64,000 nt of DNA from Burkholderiales bacterium (GTDB lineage Bacteria > Pseudomonadota > Gammaproteobacteria > Burkholderiales > SG8-39), in contig DASSQD010000132.1 in the NCBI GenBank assembly GCA_035702665.1, positions 1,748-65,747 on the forward strand, in the 5' to 3' direction. The notes beneath the pieces are model-generated. The model was not told the origin of the DNA and made no database searches. It was given only the letters and a program-made list of their open reading frames with translations. The position numbers and the translations under genes are program-made. Each line of letters opens with the position of its first letter. Within the stretch, counting starts at the first letter, position 1. Positions 32,578 through 41,212 of the stretch are shown here, in pieces.

Positions 32578-33231
32578 CTACTTCGGCTGGGCGACGGTCC
32601 GCAGGTACGGCTTGAGCGTCTTGAACCCCTGGGGATACTTCTTCTTCGCGTCCTCGTCGGACACCGAGGTCGGGATGATGACGTCCTGGCCCGGTCTCCA
32701 GTTCACCGGCGTCGCGACCGCGTGCTTGGCGCCGAGCTGGAGCGAGTCGAGCAGCCGCAGAACCTCGTCGAAGTTGCGGCCCGCGCTCATCGGGTAGATC
32801 AGCATCGCCTTCACCTTCTTGTCGGGGCCGATCATGAACACCGAGCGTATCGTGGCGTTGTCGGCCGCGGAGCGCTTTCCGCCGCTGGCGTTGGGGTGGA
32901 TCATGTCGTACAGCTTGGCGACGTTCAGATCGGCATCGCCGATCATTGGATAGTTTACCGCGGCGCCCTGCGTCTCCTTGATGTCGTTGACCCACCGCTG
33001 ATGATCGCTCACCGGGTCGATGGAGAGCCCGATGATCTTGGTGTTGCGCTTGTCGAATTCAGGCTTGAGCTTCGCCATGTACCCGAGCTCGGTGGTGCAG
33101 ACGGGCGTGAAATCCTTTGGGTGCGAGAACAGAATCGCCCATTTGTCCCCGATCCATTCATGGAACCGGATCTTGCCCTCGGTGGTGTCCGCCGTGAAAT
33201 CCGGCGCCTCGTCTCCAATGCGAATGGCCAT
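32578..33231 (-). CDS. 1-Cys peroxiredoxin (Prx6-type)
   Basis: 217 aa. Peroxidatic motif HPKDFTPVCTTE, with no second Cys in the protein. Confidence 0.9.
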   Translation of the reverse strand: MAIRIGDEAPDFTADTTEGKIRFHEWIGDKWAILFSHPKDFTPVCTTELGYMAKLKPEFDKRNTKIIGLSIDPVSDHQRWVNDIKETQGAAVNYPMIGDADLNVAKLYDMIHPNASGGKRSAADNATIRSVFMIGPDKKVKAMLIYPMSAGRNFDEVLRLLDSLQLGAKHAVATPVNWRPGQDVIIPTSVSDEDAKKKYPQGFKTLKPYLRTVAQPK

Positions 33232-33493
33232 TTTTACCTCCGTAGTGGTGGCGGGAAGAAAGCGCCGACCGCTGCGGCGCGTCCGACCCGGAGTTCTAGA
33301 AGTCCCGCTGAACGTTTCAGAACGAAAAAATTATACTCCCGCGGCCGGCGCGACGACACCGGGCCCGGAGCGGTCGGGGACCCGCCGGGCTCATCGCCTG
33401 TTCCACACTCCCTGTGTAGAATTTCCCCCGCGGCGCCCGGGCGACGTCTGGCAAGACCGTCGCGGCGGCTCGCATAGCAACGAGGAGGGTCGA

Positions 33494-34096
33494 GTGGCGA
33501 CAAACGAAGTGGACAGGCCAGAGCGCTCGCCGACCGTGATCCTGTTCGCCGAGATGCGCGGATTCACGGGTGTGTCGGACATGCTCGACCCCGAGGTGGT
33601 GCTGTCGAGGGTCGGTGAGTTCGTGTCGCTGGTCTGGGACGCGGTCGTGGAGCAGGAAGGGGCCGTGGCCGACATCCTCAGCGACACCATCATGGCGACC
33701 TTCACCGGCCAGGACGACGCGCAGCACGCGATCGTGGCGGCCCAAGAAATCCAGAGCAGATTCGCCAGCCTTTCCGAGGTCTGGCACCGCGATTTCGGCA
33801 TCCGTGCCGCGATCTCGATGGGCTTGCATTGCGGGGATGCCGTGGTCGGATTCGCCGCGAAGAGCCCGACGCCCGAGCAGCTGTTCGTGTTTGGGGACTG
33901 CGTCAGCATCGCCAACCGGCTGCTTCACCGCGCTCGCGCAGGTGAGTTCGTTCTTTCGGAGACCTTGATGGATCTCGCCGCGGAGATGGGCGTCACCCTC
34001 GAGGCCGAGGAGCTTCCCCCCCTGGAAATTCCGCGCCGCGATCCGATCAAACTCTACGGCGTGCTACTCGACACGCGGCTCGATTTCACCCATTAG
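33494..34096 (+). CDS. stand-alone class III nucleotidyl cyclase domain protein (divergent)
   Basis: 200 aa from GTG 33494 after GAGGAGGG. CYCc-like blocks VILFAEMRGFTGVS, ILSDTIMATF, ISMGLHCGDAVVGF, FGDCVSIANRL. Confidence 0.75.
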   Translation: MATNEVDRPERSPTVILFAEMRGFTGVSDMLDPEVVLSRVGEFVSLVWDAVVEQEGAVADILSDTIMATFTGQDDAQHAIVAAQEIQSRFASLSEVWHRDFGIRAAISMGLHCGDAVVGFAAKSPTPEQLFVFGDCVSIANRLLHRARAGEFVLSETLMDLAAEMGVTLEAEELPPLEIPRRDPIKLYGVLLDTRLDFTH

Positions 34097-34106
34097 CGCC
34101 CCTTGC

Positions 34107-35579
34107 TCAGGCGGCGCGCTTCGGTTTCCGCGTGCGCAGGGTCGACACGGAAGCTGGCTGGCGCGAGAAGACCCTCACTTGGTCGCGCCCGCGCCCCTTG
34201 GCTTGATACAGGGCGAGGTCGGCCGAGCGCAGCAGCCCGGCCGCGTCCCCGGCGCCGTCGGGGAAGACCGACACGCCCAGCGAGGCGGTGACGCCCATGA
34301 GGCGGTCGCTTTCCTCGCGCACCGCCTGGCAGATCGCTTCCGCCCTGGCGAGCGCGCTCTGCGGCGTCGCGTTGGGCAGCACGAGCGTGAACTCCTCGCC
34401 GCCGAAGCGGCAGGCGATATCGCTGCCGCGGATGTGCCGCTTGAGAAGGCCCGCGACCTGTACCAGCACCTCGTCACCCGCGCCATGGCCCGCGGTGTCG
34501 TTCACCCTCTTGAAATGGTCGAGATCGATCATGATCACGGCGACGCGGATACCCTCGCGCTTAGCCCGTAGCAGCTCGCGCGAGAGATAGTCGCGCAGGA
34601 AGCGCCGGTTGTAGAGGTTGGTGAGCGGATCGCGTATGGCTTCCTCCCTGAGGGTCTTCAGGGCTTGTGCCAGCGCATCGATGGCGCGACCCCGCTCGCC
34701 GACGACCGCATTGAGCACCAGCCCGGTAATCACGACGGAGCTGGTGAACGCGAGCAGGAGCAGAGGTACGCTGCCATGGGCCGCGGAGGCGAACGGTCCG
34801 CGCCCCTCGAGAGTGTGCCACACGGCAATCGCGCAGATCAGGGCGTCGAGGGTCGCGACCTCGCGCTGCGCGAAGCGTAGCGCAGCCCAGATCACGAACG
34901 GCAGAATCACAAACGTCAGCGGCAGCGAGGGCAGGGACGCGGGCAGACCGTTGCCGAAGATCGCTTGAGTCGCGGCGAGCGTCGGCACCGCGAGGCACAG
35001 CATTTCCAGCGTCTTCCGGCGCGAACCATCCGCGCTGCGTGCCGACCAGTTGAGGATCAGCGGCGCGACGATGACGATGCCCATCGCGTCGGCCTGCCAG
35101 CGCGTCCACCAGGTCCACGCAAACGACTCCACAGGGGTGGAGCCCGGCCAGGCCAAGAGTGCGGTGGCGGCGGTGGCGGAAACCGCGGCGCTGAGCGCCG
35201 CGATAGCGACGAATTCCACGACATCCTCGCCGCGCTCGAAGCTGCGGGGCATGCCGATGCAGCGCCGCACCAGCAGCGCGCCGATGACGGCCTCGAGCGT
35301 CCCGCCCGCCGCTACGAGGGCCGCTTCGACCGGCGATGAAGCGACCGTGATCGCGGCGAGAGCCGCGCCCAGCCACACGCCGGGCCAGACGCGGTAACCG
35401 AAGAGCAGTACGCACGCGAGCGCGATGCCGGAGGCCGGCCAGACCGTGGCCAAGGTACCGCCGGCCGACAGAGCGAGCTTGGCTGCGGCAAAATAGGCGG
35501 CGGCCAGCACAAGCAACTGCGCGGCATAGGCGATCGAGCCTGCCGAGGTGCTGGGCCGTCCGGCTGCTATTGCATTCAC
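34107..35579 (-). CDS. MASE1-GGDEF diguanylate cyclase
   Basis: 490 aa. MASE1-like membrane domain (YFAAAKLALSAGGTLATVWPASGIALACVLLFGYRVWPGVWLGA). GGDEF domain with RGSD-x5-GGEEF. Confidence 0.85.
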   Translation of the reverse strand: MNAIAAGRPSTSAGSIAYAAQLLVLAAAYFAAAKLALSAGGTLATVWPASGIALACVLLFGYRVWPGVWLGAALAAITVASSPVEAALVAAGGTLEAVIGALLVRRCIGMPRSFERGEDVVEFVAIAALSAAVSATAATALLAWPGSTPVESFAWTWWTRWQADAMGIVIVAPLILNWSARSADGSRRKTLEMLCLAVPTLAATQAIFGNGLPASLPSLPLTFVILPFVIWAALRFAQREVATLDALICAIAVWHTLEGRGPFASAAHGSVPLLLLAFTSSVVITGLVLNAVVGERGRAIDALAQALKTLREEAIRDPLTNLYNRRFLRDYLSRELLRAKREGIRVAVIMIDLDHFKRVNDTAGHGAGDEVLVQVAGLLKRHIRGSDIACRFGGEEFTLVLPNATPQSALARAEAICQAVREESDRLMGVTASLGVSVFPDGAGDAAGLLRSADLALYQAKGRGRDQVRVFSRQPASVSTLRTRKPKRAA

Positions 35580-35684
35580 TTTATAACCTTCGCTCTTTCG
35601 AAGAATCAGGTGATTACGAACGGTTCTTATTGTGCAATATTAGGCCTGTGGATGACATTGGACAAGGTCCAGGACCGGGGGTTC

Positions 35685-35735
35685 GTGAAATATGACGCGG
35701 GCATACCGGTCCCCGTGACATATGACACAGGCATA
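35685..35735 (+). promoter_or_regulatory. two 21-bp direct repeats GTGAmATATGACrCrGGCATA abutting the monooxygenase start
   Basis: GTGAAATATGACGCGGGCATA (35685-35705) and GTGACATATGACACAGGCATA (35715-35735): 18/21 identical, 30-bp period. The second ends 2 nt before ATG 35738. Confidence 0.4.
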
Positions 35736-35737
35736 AG

Positions 35738-36901
35738 ATGCGGATCGCAGTGATCGGCGCCGGCGCGGCCGGGCTGCTGTTCTCGCTCCTGATCAAGCGC
35801 CGCTTCCCCGCGTGGGAAGTCGAGACCTACGAGCAGAACCCCGAGGGAGCGACCTACGGCTTCGGCGTCGTGTTCTCCGACGGCGCGCTCGCCTTTCTCG
35901 AGCGCGACGAACCCGAGTTGCTGCGCACCGTGGAGGCGAACATGGAGCGCTGGCCGATGCAGCGGCTCGTGCATCGGGGCGAGCGCGTCGACGTGGACGG
36001 CAACGGCTTCTCGGCGATCGGACGCCTCGCACTCCAGAAAGTCCTGCACGGACTCAACCGTCGCGCCGGTGTCGATGTCCGCTATGGGCGCGCGATCTCC
36101 TCGCTCGACGAGGTCGCCGGCGCCGACCTCGTCGTCGGGGCCGACGGATCGAATTCGCTGGTGCGCAACGCCCTGGCGGCGCAGTTCGCTCCGCGCGTCG
36201 AGGTGCTCACCAACCGCTTCGCGTGGTACGGCACGGCCCAGCCCTTCGACTGCCTCACGCTGACGTTCCGCGACGGCGAGCACGGCGCCTTTGTCGCGCA
36301 TCACTACCGTCATGCGCCTTCGATGAGCACCTTCGTCGTAGAGTGCAGCGAGGCGACTTGGAGAAAAGCGGGTCTGGACCGCATGGGGGACGAGGCATCG
36401 CGGGCGTACTGCGAGCGCGTATTCGCCCCGGATCTGGGCGGCCGAGCCCTGGCGTCGAACAAGTCCGTGTGGCGACAGTTCCCGCTCGTCAGGAACGAGC
36501 GCTGGATAGCGCGGCCATCGTCGGGAGGTCATGCGGTTCTGCTCGGCGATGCTTTGCGTACCGTACATTTCTCGATCGGGTCGGGGACGCGGCTCGCCTT
36601 CGAGGACGCGATCGCGCTCGAGCGCGCCTTCGCGGAGTGCGGAGACGACGTGCCTCGCGCCCTCGAATCGTTCGAGCGCGAGCGCAGGCCGATCGTCGAA
36701 AAGCTGCTCGCCGCCGCGAACGCGAGCTCGTACTGGTACGAACAATTCTCCGAAAAGATGGCACTGGAGCCGTGGCAGCTCGCCTACGATTACATGACGA
36801 GGAGCGGTCGGATGACGGAGGAGCGCCTGCGAGCGATCGCGCCGAAGTTCATGGCGCGCGTCGACGCCGGACGAAGCGGTGGCCCGCGCCCGGCGTGCTA
36901 A
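35738..36901 (+). CDS. FAD-dependent aromatic monooxygenase (resembles the N-terminal domain of aryl-CoA hydroxylases)
   Basis: 387 aa. N-terminal Rossmann MRIAVIGAGAAGL, GADGSNSLVR motif, YGFGVVFSD block as in salicylyl-/2-aminobenzoyl-CoA monooxygenase N-domains (by recollection). Confidence 0.8.
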   Translation: MRIAVIGAGAAGLLFSLLIKRRFPAWEVETYEQNPEGATYGFGVVFSDGALAFLERDEPELLRTVEANMERWPMQRLVHRGERVDVDGNGFSAIGRLALQKVLHGLNRRAGVDVRYGRAISSLDEVAGADLVVGADGSNSLVRNALAAQFAPRVEVLTNRFAWYGTAQPFDCLTLTFRDGEHGAFVAHHYRHAPSMSTFVVECSEATWRKAGLDRMGDEASRAYCERVFAPDLGGRALASNKSVWRQFPLVRNERWIARPSSGGHAVLLGDALRTVHFSIGSGTRLAFEDAIALERAFAECGDDVPRALESFERERRPIVEKLLAAANASSYWYEQFSEKMALEPWQLAYDYMTRSGRMTEERLRAIAPKFMARVDAGRSGGPRPAC

Positions 36902-36930
36902 ACTCGCCGCTGCACCGGACATCAAGAAGA

Positions 36931-37884
36931 ATGGATTTGGCCGCAAAGGACGAGTCGAGCACCGCCATCAGCGAGCTTCAAAAGCGTCTGCGGGACGGTA
37001 GCTTCGTCGTCACCGCCGAGCTTTCCCCTCCGGTTTCAGCGGATCCCTCGGAATTCGTGGAACGCGCGCTCGCCTTGCGCGGGCTGGTCACGGCGATCAA
37101 CGTGACCGACGGGGCGGGATCGAAAGCACACATGTCGAGCCTCGCGGCGGCGCACTTTCTGGTCCGCAACGGCGTCGAGCCGATTCTCCAGATGACCTGC
37201 CGCGACCGCAACCGCATCGCCCTGCAGGCGGAGCTTCTCGGTGCCGCGGCCCTCGGCGTCCGCAACATTCTCGCCCTGCGGGGCGACGACCCCAAGCTCG
37301 GTGATCAGCCGGAGACCAAGCCGGTCTTCGACCTCGACACGACGGCCCTGCTGGCGACTGCGCAGCGCATGCGCACCGAAGGCCTGCTCCCCTCGGGAAC
37401 GGAGATCAAGGGTCCGATCAAGCTGGTGCTCGGCGCGGCGGAGTTGCCGGTCGATCCGCCGGAAGGCTGGCGTCCCGGCGGACTGCTCGCGAAAAAAGAG
37501 GCTGGCGCGGAGTTCATCCAGACGCAGTTCTGCATGGACGCCGGCGCGGCGCGGCGCTATGCCGCGCGGTTGCTGGATCTCGGCGTCGCGCAGGAGCTTC
37601 CTATCCTCATCGGCGTGGCGCCTATCCCGTCGGCGCGCTCGGCGCGCTGGATGAGGGACAAGCTCTACGGCGCCATCATCCCGGAGCGGATCATGCAGCG
37701 GCTCGAGGGCGCCGCGGACCCCAAGGCCGAAGGCAGGAAGATCTGCGTCGAGCTCCTGCAGCAACTCGCAGAAACGCCGGGTATTGCCGGTGCGCACGTG
37801 ATGGCGCCGGCCTTTCATTCGGCCATCGGTCCGGTGATCGAGGCGTCGGGCATCGCGCGCGTGAAGCGCGCGAAGTACGGCTAG
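36931..37884 (+). CDS. methylenetetrahydrofolate reductase-like protein
   Basis: 317 aa from ATG 36931 (tail of track ORF 35812..37884). FVVTAELSPP, INVTDGAGSKAHMSS and LQMTCRDRNR are typical of the MTHFR fold. Confidence 0.78.
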   Translation: MDLAAKDESSTAISELQKRLRDGSFVVTAELSPPVSADPSEFVERALALRGLVTAINVTDGAGSKAHMSSLAAAHFLVRNGVEPILQMTCRDRNRIALQAELLGAAALGVRNILALRGDDPKLGDQPETKPVFDLDTTALLATAQRMRTEGLLPSGTEIKGPIKLVLGAAELPVDPPEGWRPGGLLAKKEAGAEFIQTQFCMDAGAARRYAARLLDLGVAQELPILIGVAPIPSARSARWMRDKLYGAIIPERIMQRLEGAADPKAEGRKICVELLQQLAETPGIAGAHVMAPAFHSAIGPVIEASGIARVKRAKYG

Positions 37885-37888
37885 CGGG

Positions 37889-39241
37889 CTATTTCGCGAC
37901 GAGCGCGAGGCTGCCGAAGCGGGCGACGTAGAGGCGCGTCAATACCACACACGCGACGGTTCCGATCAGGAAGGGAACCGTGGCCCAGAGGAAAAGCTCC
38001 TGCAGCGGTGTCTTCATTCCGATCAGTATCCCGCCGACGATCGGGCCCAGGACCGAGCCGACGCGGCCGACTCCGAAAGCCCAGCCCGAGCCGTTCGATC
38101 GCACCGAGGTGGGGTAGATCATCGCCGACGCCGCGTTCAGGCCGAACTGCAGCCCGAGCACGCAGAATCCGGCCAGGAACACGACCACCATCAGCGCCGC
38201 CGTGGAGGACAGGCCCACAACCCCGAGCGCGCCGACCGCGAAGACCGCGAGCGCGAACAGGATCGTGACCGGCAGGAACCCCTTCGCGTCGATCGGCCTC
38301 GCGAGCGCAAGGCCGCCGATCGTGCCGCCGATCTGCACGAGCGCCGTCGCAACGGCGGCTTCCGACGGCGGGAGTTTCGCTCCGGTGAGGAGCGTCGGCA
38401 GCCAGCTGATGAGGAAATAGAATCCCATCAGATTGCAGGCGAAGCAGGCCCAGAGCAGCGGCGTGATCCATGCCAAACCGCCCTCGAACAGGAATTTCGG
38501 GTTGAACCCCCGGTAGATCTTCTCGTCGGCCACGGCGAGCGTGGCGCCGGGCGCGATCGATTGCTCCGGGCTCATCGCCGCGAGGAGCGCCGTGGCGCGC
38601 CCGGTCTGCTGCTTCACGACGAGATGCTTCAGCGACTCCGGCAGCCACAGCGCCGCGGCCCCGGCCATCAGTATCGGGAGCACCCCGCCGACGGCGAAAA
38701 TGGCCTGCCAGCCGTAGTGCGGTACCAGCCACACCGAGACCGCTCCCGGCAGCGAGCCCCCGAAGGTGATGCCGGTGAACATCAGGATGATCAGGGTCGC
38801 GCGAAGGCGCCGCGGCGCGTATTCCGCGTTGAGGGCGATCAGATTGGGGAGCAGCCCGCCGATGCCGATTCCGGCGACGAAGCGCAGATAGAGGAGATCC
38901 TTCAGGCTCGTCGCCCAGCACGCGGCCAGCGTGAAGGCGCCGAACGCGAGGCAAGAGCCGATCACGGCGATCTTGCGCCCGAAGCGGTCGCCTACGTAGC
39001 CGAAGAGCGGCGAGCCGATGAGAATGCCGAATAGGCTCGCGCTGAACACCGGCCCGAGCGCAGCGCGGTTGGAGACGCTCCACGCCCTGATGAGCTCAGG
39101 CGCAGCAAACGAGATTGCGCTGATATCGTAGCCGTCGAACAGCACGATGAAGAACGACCATACGAGCAAGCCCGCGTTGAAGCGCGTCAGCTTGCGTTCG
39201 TCGATGAAGCGCGAGACGTCGAAGGCTGCGGCGGATGCCAT
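37889..39241 (-). CDS. MFS transporter, aromatic acid:H+ symporter (AAHS, PcaK/BenK-like)
   Basis: 450 aa, 12 predicted TM helices, MFS motif GYVGDRFGRK. The N-terminus resembles 4-hydroxybenzoate/benzoate transporters. Confidence 0.85.
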   Translation of the reverse strand: MASAAAFDVSRFIDERKLTRFNAGLLVWSFFIVLFDGYDISAISFAAPELIRAWSVSNRAALGPVFSASLFGILIGSPLFGYVGDRFGRKIAVIGSCLAFGAFTLAACWATSLKDLLYLRFVAGIGIGGLLPNLIALNAEYAPRRLRATLIILMFTGITFGGSLPGAVSVWLVPHYGWQAIFAVGGVLPILMAGAAALWLPESLKHLVVKQQTGRATALLAAMSPEQSIAPGATLAVADEKIYRGFNPKFLFEGGLAWITPLLWACFACNLMGFYFLISWLPTLLTGAKLPPSEAAVATALVQIGGTIGGLALARPIDAKGFLPVTILFALAVFAVGALGVVGLSSTAALMVVVFLAGFCVLGLQFGLNAASAMIYPTSVRSNGSGWAFGVGRVGSVLGPIVGGILIGMKTPLQELFLWATVPFLIGTVACVVLTRLYVARFGSLALVAK

Positions 39242-39262
39242 GGCTCCTCCCTCCGGGGTTGA

Positions 39263-40162
39263 TCAGGACGCGGCGCGGTAGATCAGCTTGTCGAAAGAAC
39301 GCTCTTTCAGGTGCTGGTCCAGTCCCCAGCGCTTCACTTGCTCGAATACCTCGTCGAATTCCGCGCGTGAGATCGGCCGGTAGACGAAGCGCTCGCCGCG
39401 GGTGAAGCGGCTGTAGTCCCAGTTCCTCCCGTGGAATTCGGGAGGCACGCAGTGCGCCCAGAGGGGCAGGTACTTGGCGAGGTTCGCCTCGAGCGCGCGC
39501 TCCGCGCGGTCGAGAGCGCGGAGATACCCTCGCACGCCGTCCCCCGGGGCGGACTCCGGCACCCACCAGAGCGTGTGGAACTCGTCCGCGATGATTTCCC
39601 GCAGGCCCAGCTGGCGGGCCATGTCGATCTGGGGCGGGAGCAGGCTCGCCGCCTCGATCTCCCCGTTGAGGAGCGCGGTTAGGCGCGCGCCGAATCCGCC
39701 GATGTTGACCGTCTTGATGTGCTCGAGCGGAAGGTATTTCTCGAGGCGGAAGGGCACGTTGAAGTGGCTACCCGCGCGCATGCCGACCCCTACGGGAACG
39801 TCTTTCAGGTCCTCGGGACTGCGGATCCCGGATTCCGGGCGGACGAAGATCGACCAGGGCGACACCCCGTAGCAGTCGGCCACGACACGCCCCATGCCGG
39901 CGCTGGCGTTGCTGATGGTGCCCCACAGACAAGCGCATTGCACGAGCTGCGTGTCCTTGCCTTCCGTGTAGGGCTGATCCTGCGGCCGCCGGAAGTACTC
40001 GTAGCTCTTCCAGCTCGACTGGGTGCCGCGAAAGGTCTTCCAGTCGAGCTCGACGTCGACGCCTTCGTCCGCGTAGTAGCCTTCCTCGTGCGCGACGAAG
40101 TCGTTGAGCCCCATGCCCTTCGGGGCGACCTTGACGTGCAGCAGCGCGGCGCTCGCAGCCAT
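39263..40162 (-). CDS. cytoplasmic NMT1/THI5-like (periplasmic-binding-protein fold) protein, paralogue A
   Basis: 299 aa with no signal peptide or TM helix. Collinear with 41213..42091 (GVPxxVGxxxGSH, ERxVFxPxxxxxFDExF). Lies 21 nt upstream of the MFS gene. Confidence 0.7.
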   Translation of the reverse strand: MAASAALLHVKVAPKGMGLNDFVAHEEGYYADEGVDVELDWKTFRGTQSSWKSYEYFRRPQDQPYTEGKDTQLVQCACLWGTISNASAGMGRVVADCYGVSPWSIFVRPESGIRSPEDLKDVPVGVGMRAGSHFNVPFRLEKYLPLEHIKTVNIGGFGARLTALLNGEIEAASLLPPQIDMARQLGLREIIADEFHTLWWVPESAPGDGVRGYLRALDRAERALEANLAKYLPLWAHCVPPEFHGRNWDYSRFTRGERFVYRPISRAEFDEVFEQVKRWGLDQHLKERSFDKLIYRAAS

Positions 40163-40296
40163 GTACGCCTCCTCTTGAGTCCGTGAAGATACTCCCTTCG
40201 AGGACGCCGGAAAACCACCTGTGGGCCTGGGCCCAATCGCCTTCGGCGCCGATTCGATTCATAATTGCCGCAAGCCGGATAAGGAGGAGACAGTCC

Positions 40297-41211
40297 ATGA
40301 GCGTCCGCAATCTCCAACACATCGCGCTCGCCGTGCCCGATCCCGCGGTCGGCAAGAAGTTCTATACCGACTTCGGGATGGAGGCGAAGGAGCACGGGCA
40401 GCGCATCGTCATGCGCTGCCAGGGGAGAGACCAGGACCAGGTGGTCCTCGTCGAAGGCAAGAACCGGCACATGCATCACGTCGGGTTCGGCACGCGCGCC
40501 GAGGACATGGAAGCGCTGAAGAAGCGGCTCGCGCAGAACGCCACCAAGCTGGTCGATGCGCCCAAGGAAACGCCTTACGAGGGCATCTGGTTCCGCGATC
40601 CCGACGGGCTGCTCGTCAACGTGCGAGTCGCCGAGCCCGCGAAGTGGCGCACCGCGCCCGAATGGAAGATCAACAATCCCGGCCACCTCAACCGCGCCGG
40701 AGTCCCGGGTCATCCGAAGCGCGACATCGAGGTGCGGCCGACGCGCCTCGGGCACACGCTGCGCTTCACCCCGCAGATCGACAAGATGGTCGACTTCTGG
40801 ACGCGCGTCGTGGGGCTGCAGCTATCCGACCGGGCGCAGGACATCGTCGCCTTCATGCGCGGGCAGGGCGGCAGCGATCATCACATCTTCGGCTTCATCA
40901 AGTCCGACCACCCGGGCTTCCACCACGCGAGCTTCGAGGTGGGGAACGTCGACGAGATCGGGATGGGCGCCTGCAAGCTCCTCGACAAGGGCTACAAGGA
41001 CGGCTGGGGGTTCGGCCGGCACGTCATCGGCTCGAACTTCTTCCACTACATCCGCGATCCCTGGGACAGCATGGCCGAGTACTTCTGCGATATCGACTAC
41101 ATTCCCGCCGATTCGAACTGGAAGGCGACGAACTATCCGGCGGAGGACTCCCTCTACGTCTGGGGTCCGAAACCGCCGGAGGCCTTCGGGATGAACTTCG
41201 AGAAGGCTTGA
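40297..41211 (+). CDS. two-domain VOC-family extradiol ring-cleavage dioxygenase
   Basis: 304 aa from the ATG after AAGGAGGAG (track ORF starts at 40183). Glyoxalase/dioxygenase repeats (NLQHIALAV..., RLGHTLRFT..., HHASFEV, FFHYIRDPWD). Confidence 0.75.
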   Translation: MSVRNLQHIALAVPDPAVGKKFYTDFGMEAKEHGQRIVMRCQGRDQDQVVLVEGKNRHMHHVGFGTRAEDMEALKKRLAQNATKLVDAPKETPYEGIWFRDPDGLLVNVRVAEPAKWRTAPEWKINNPGHLNRAGVPGHPKRDIEVRPTRLGHTLRFTPQIDKMVDFWTRVVGLQLSDRAQDIVAFMRGQGGSDHHIFGFIKSDHPGFHHASFEVGNVDEIGMGACKLLDKGYKDGWGFGRHVIGSNFFHYIRDPWDSMAEYFCDIDYIPADSNWKATNYPAEDSLYVWGPKPPEAFGMNFEKA

Positions 41212-41212
41212 G

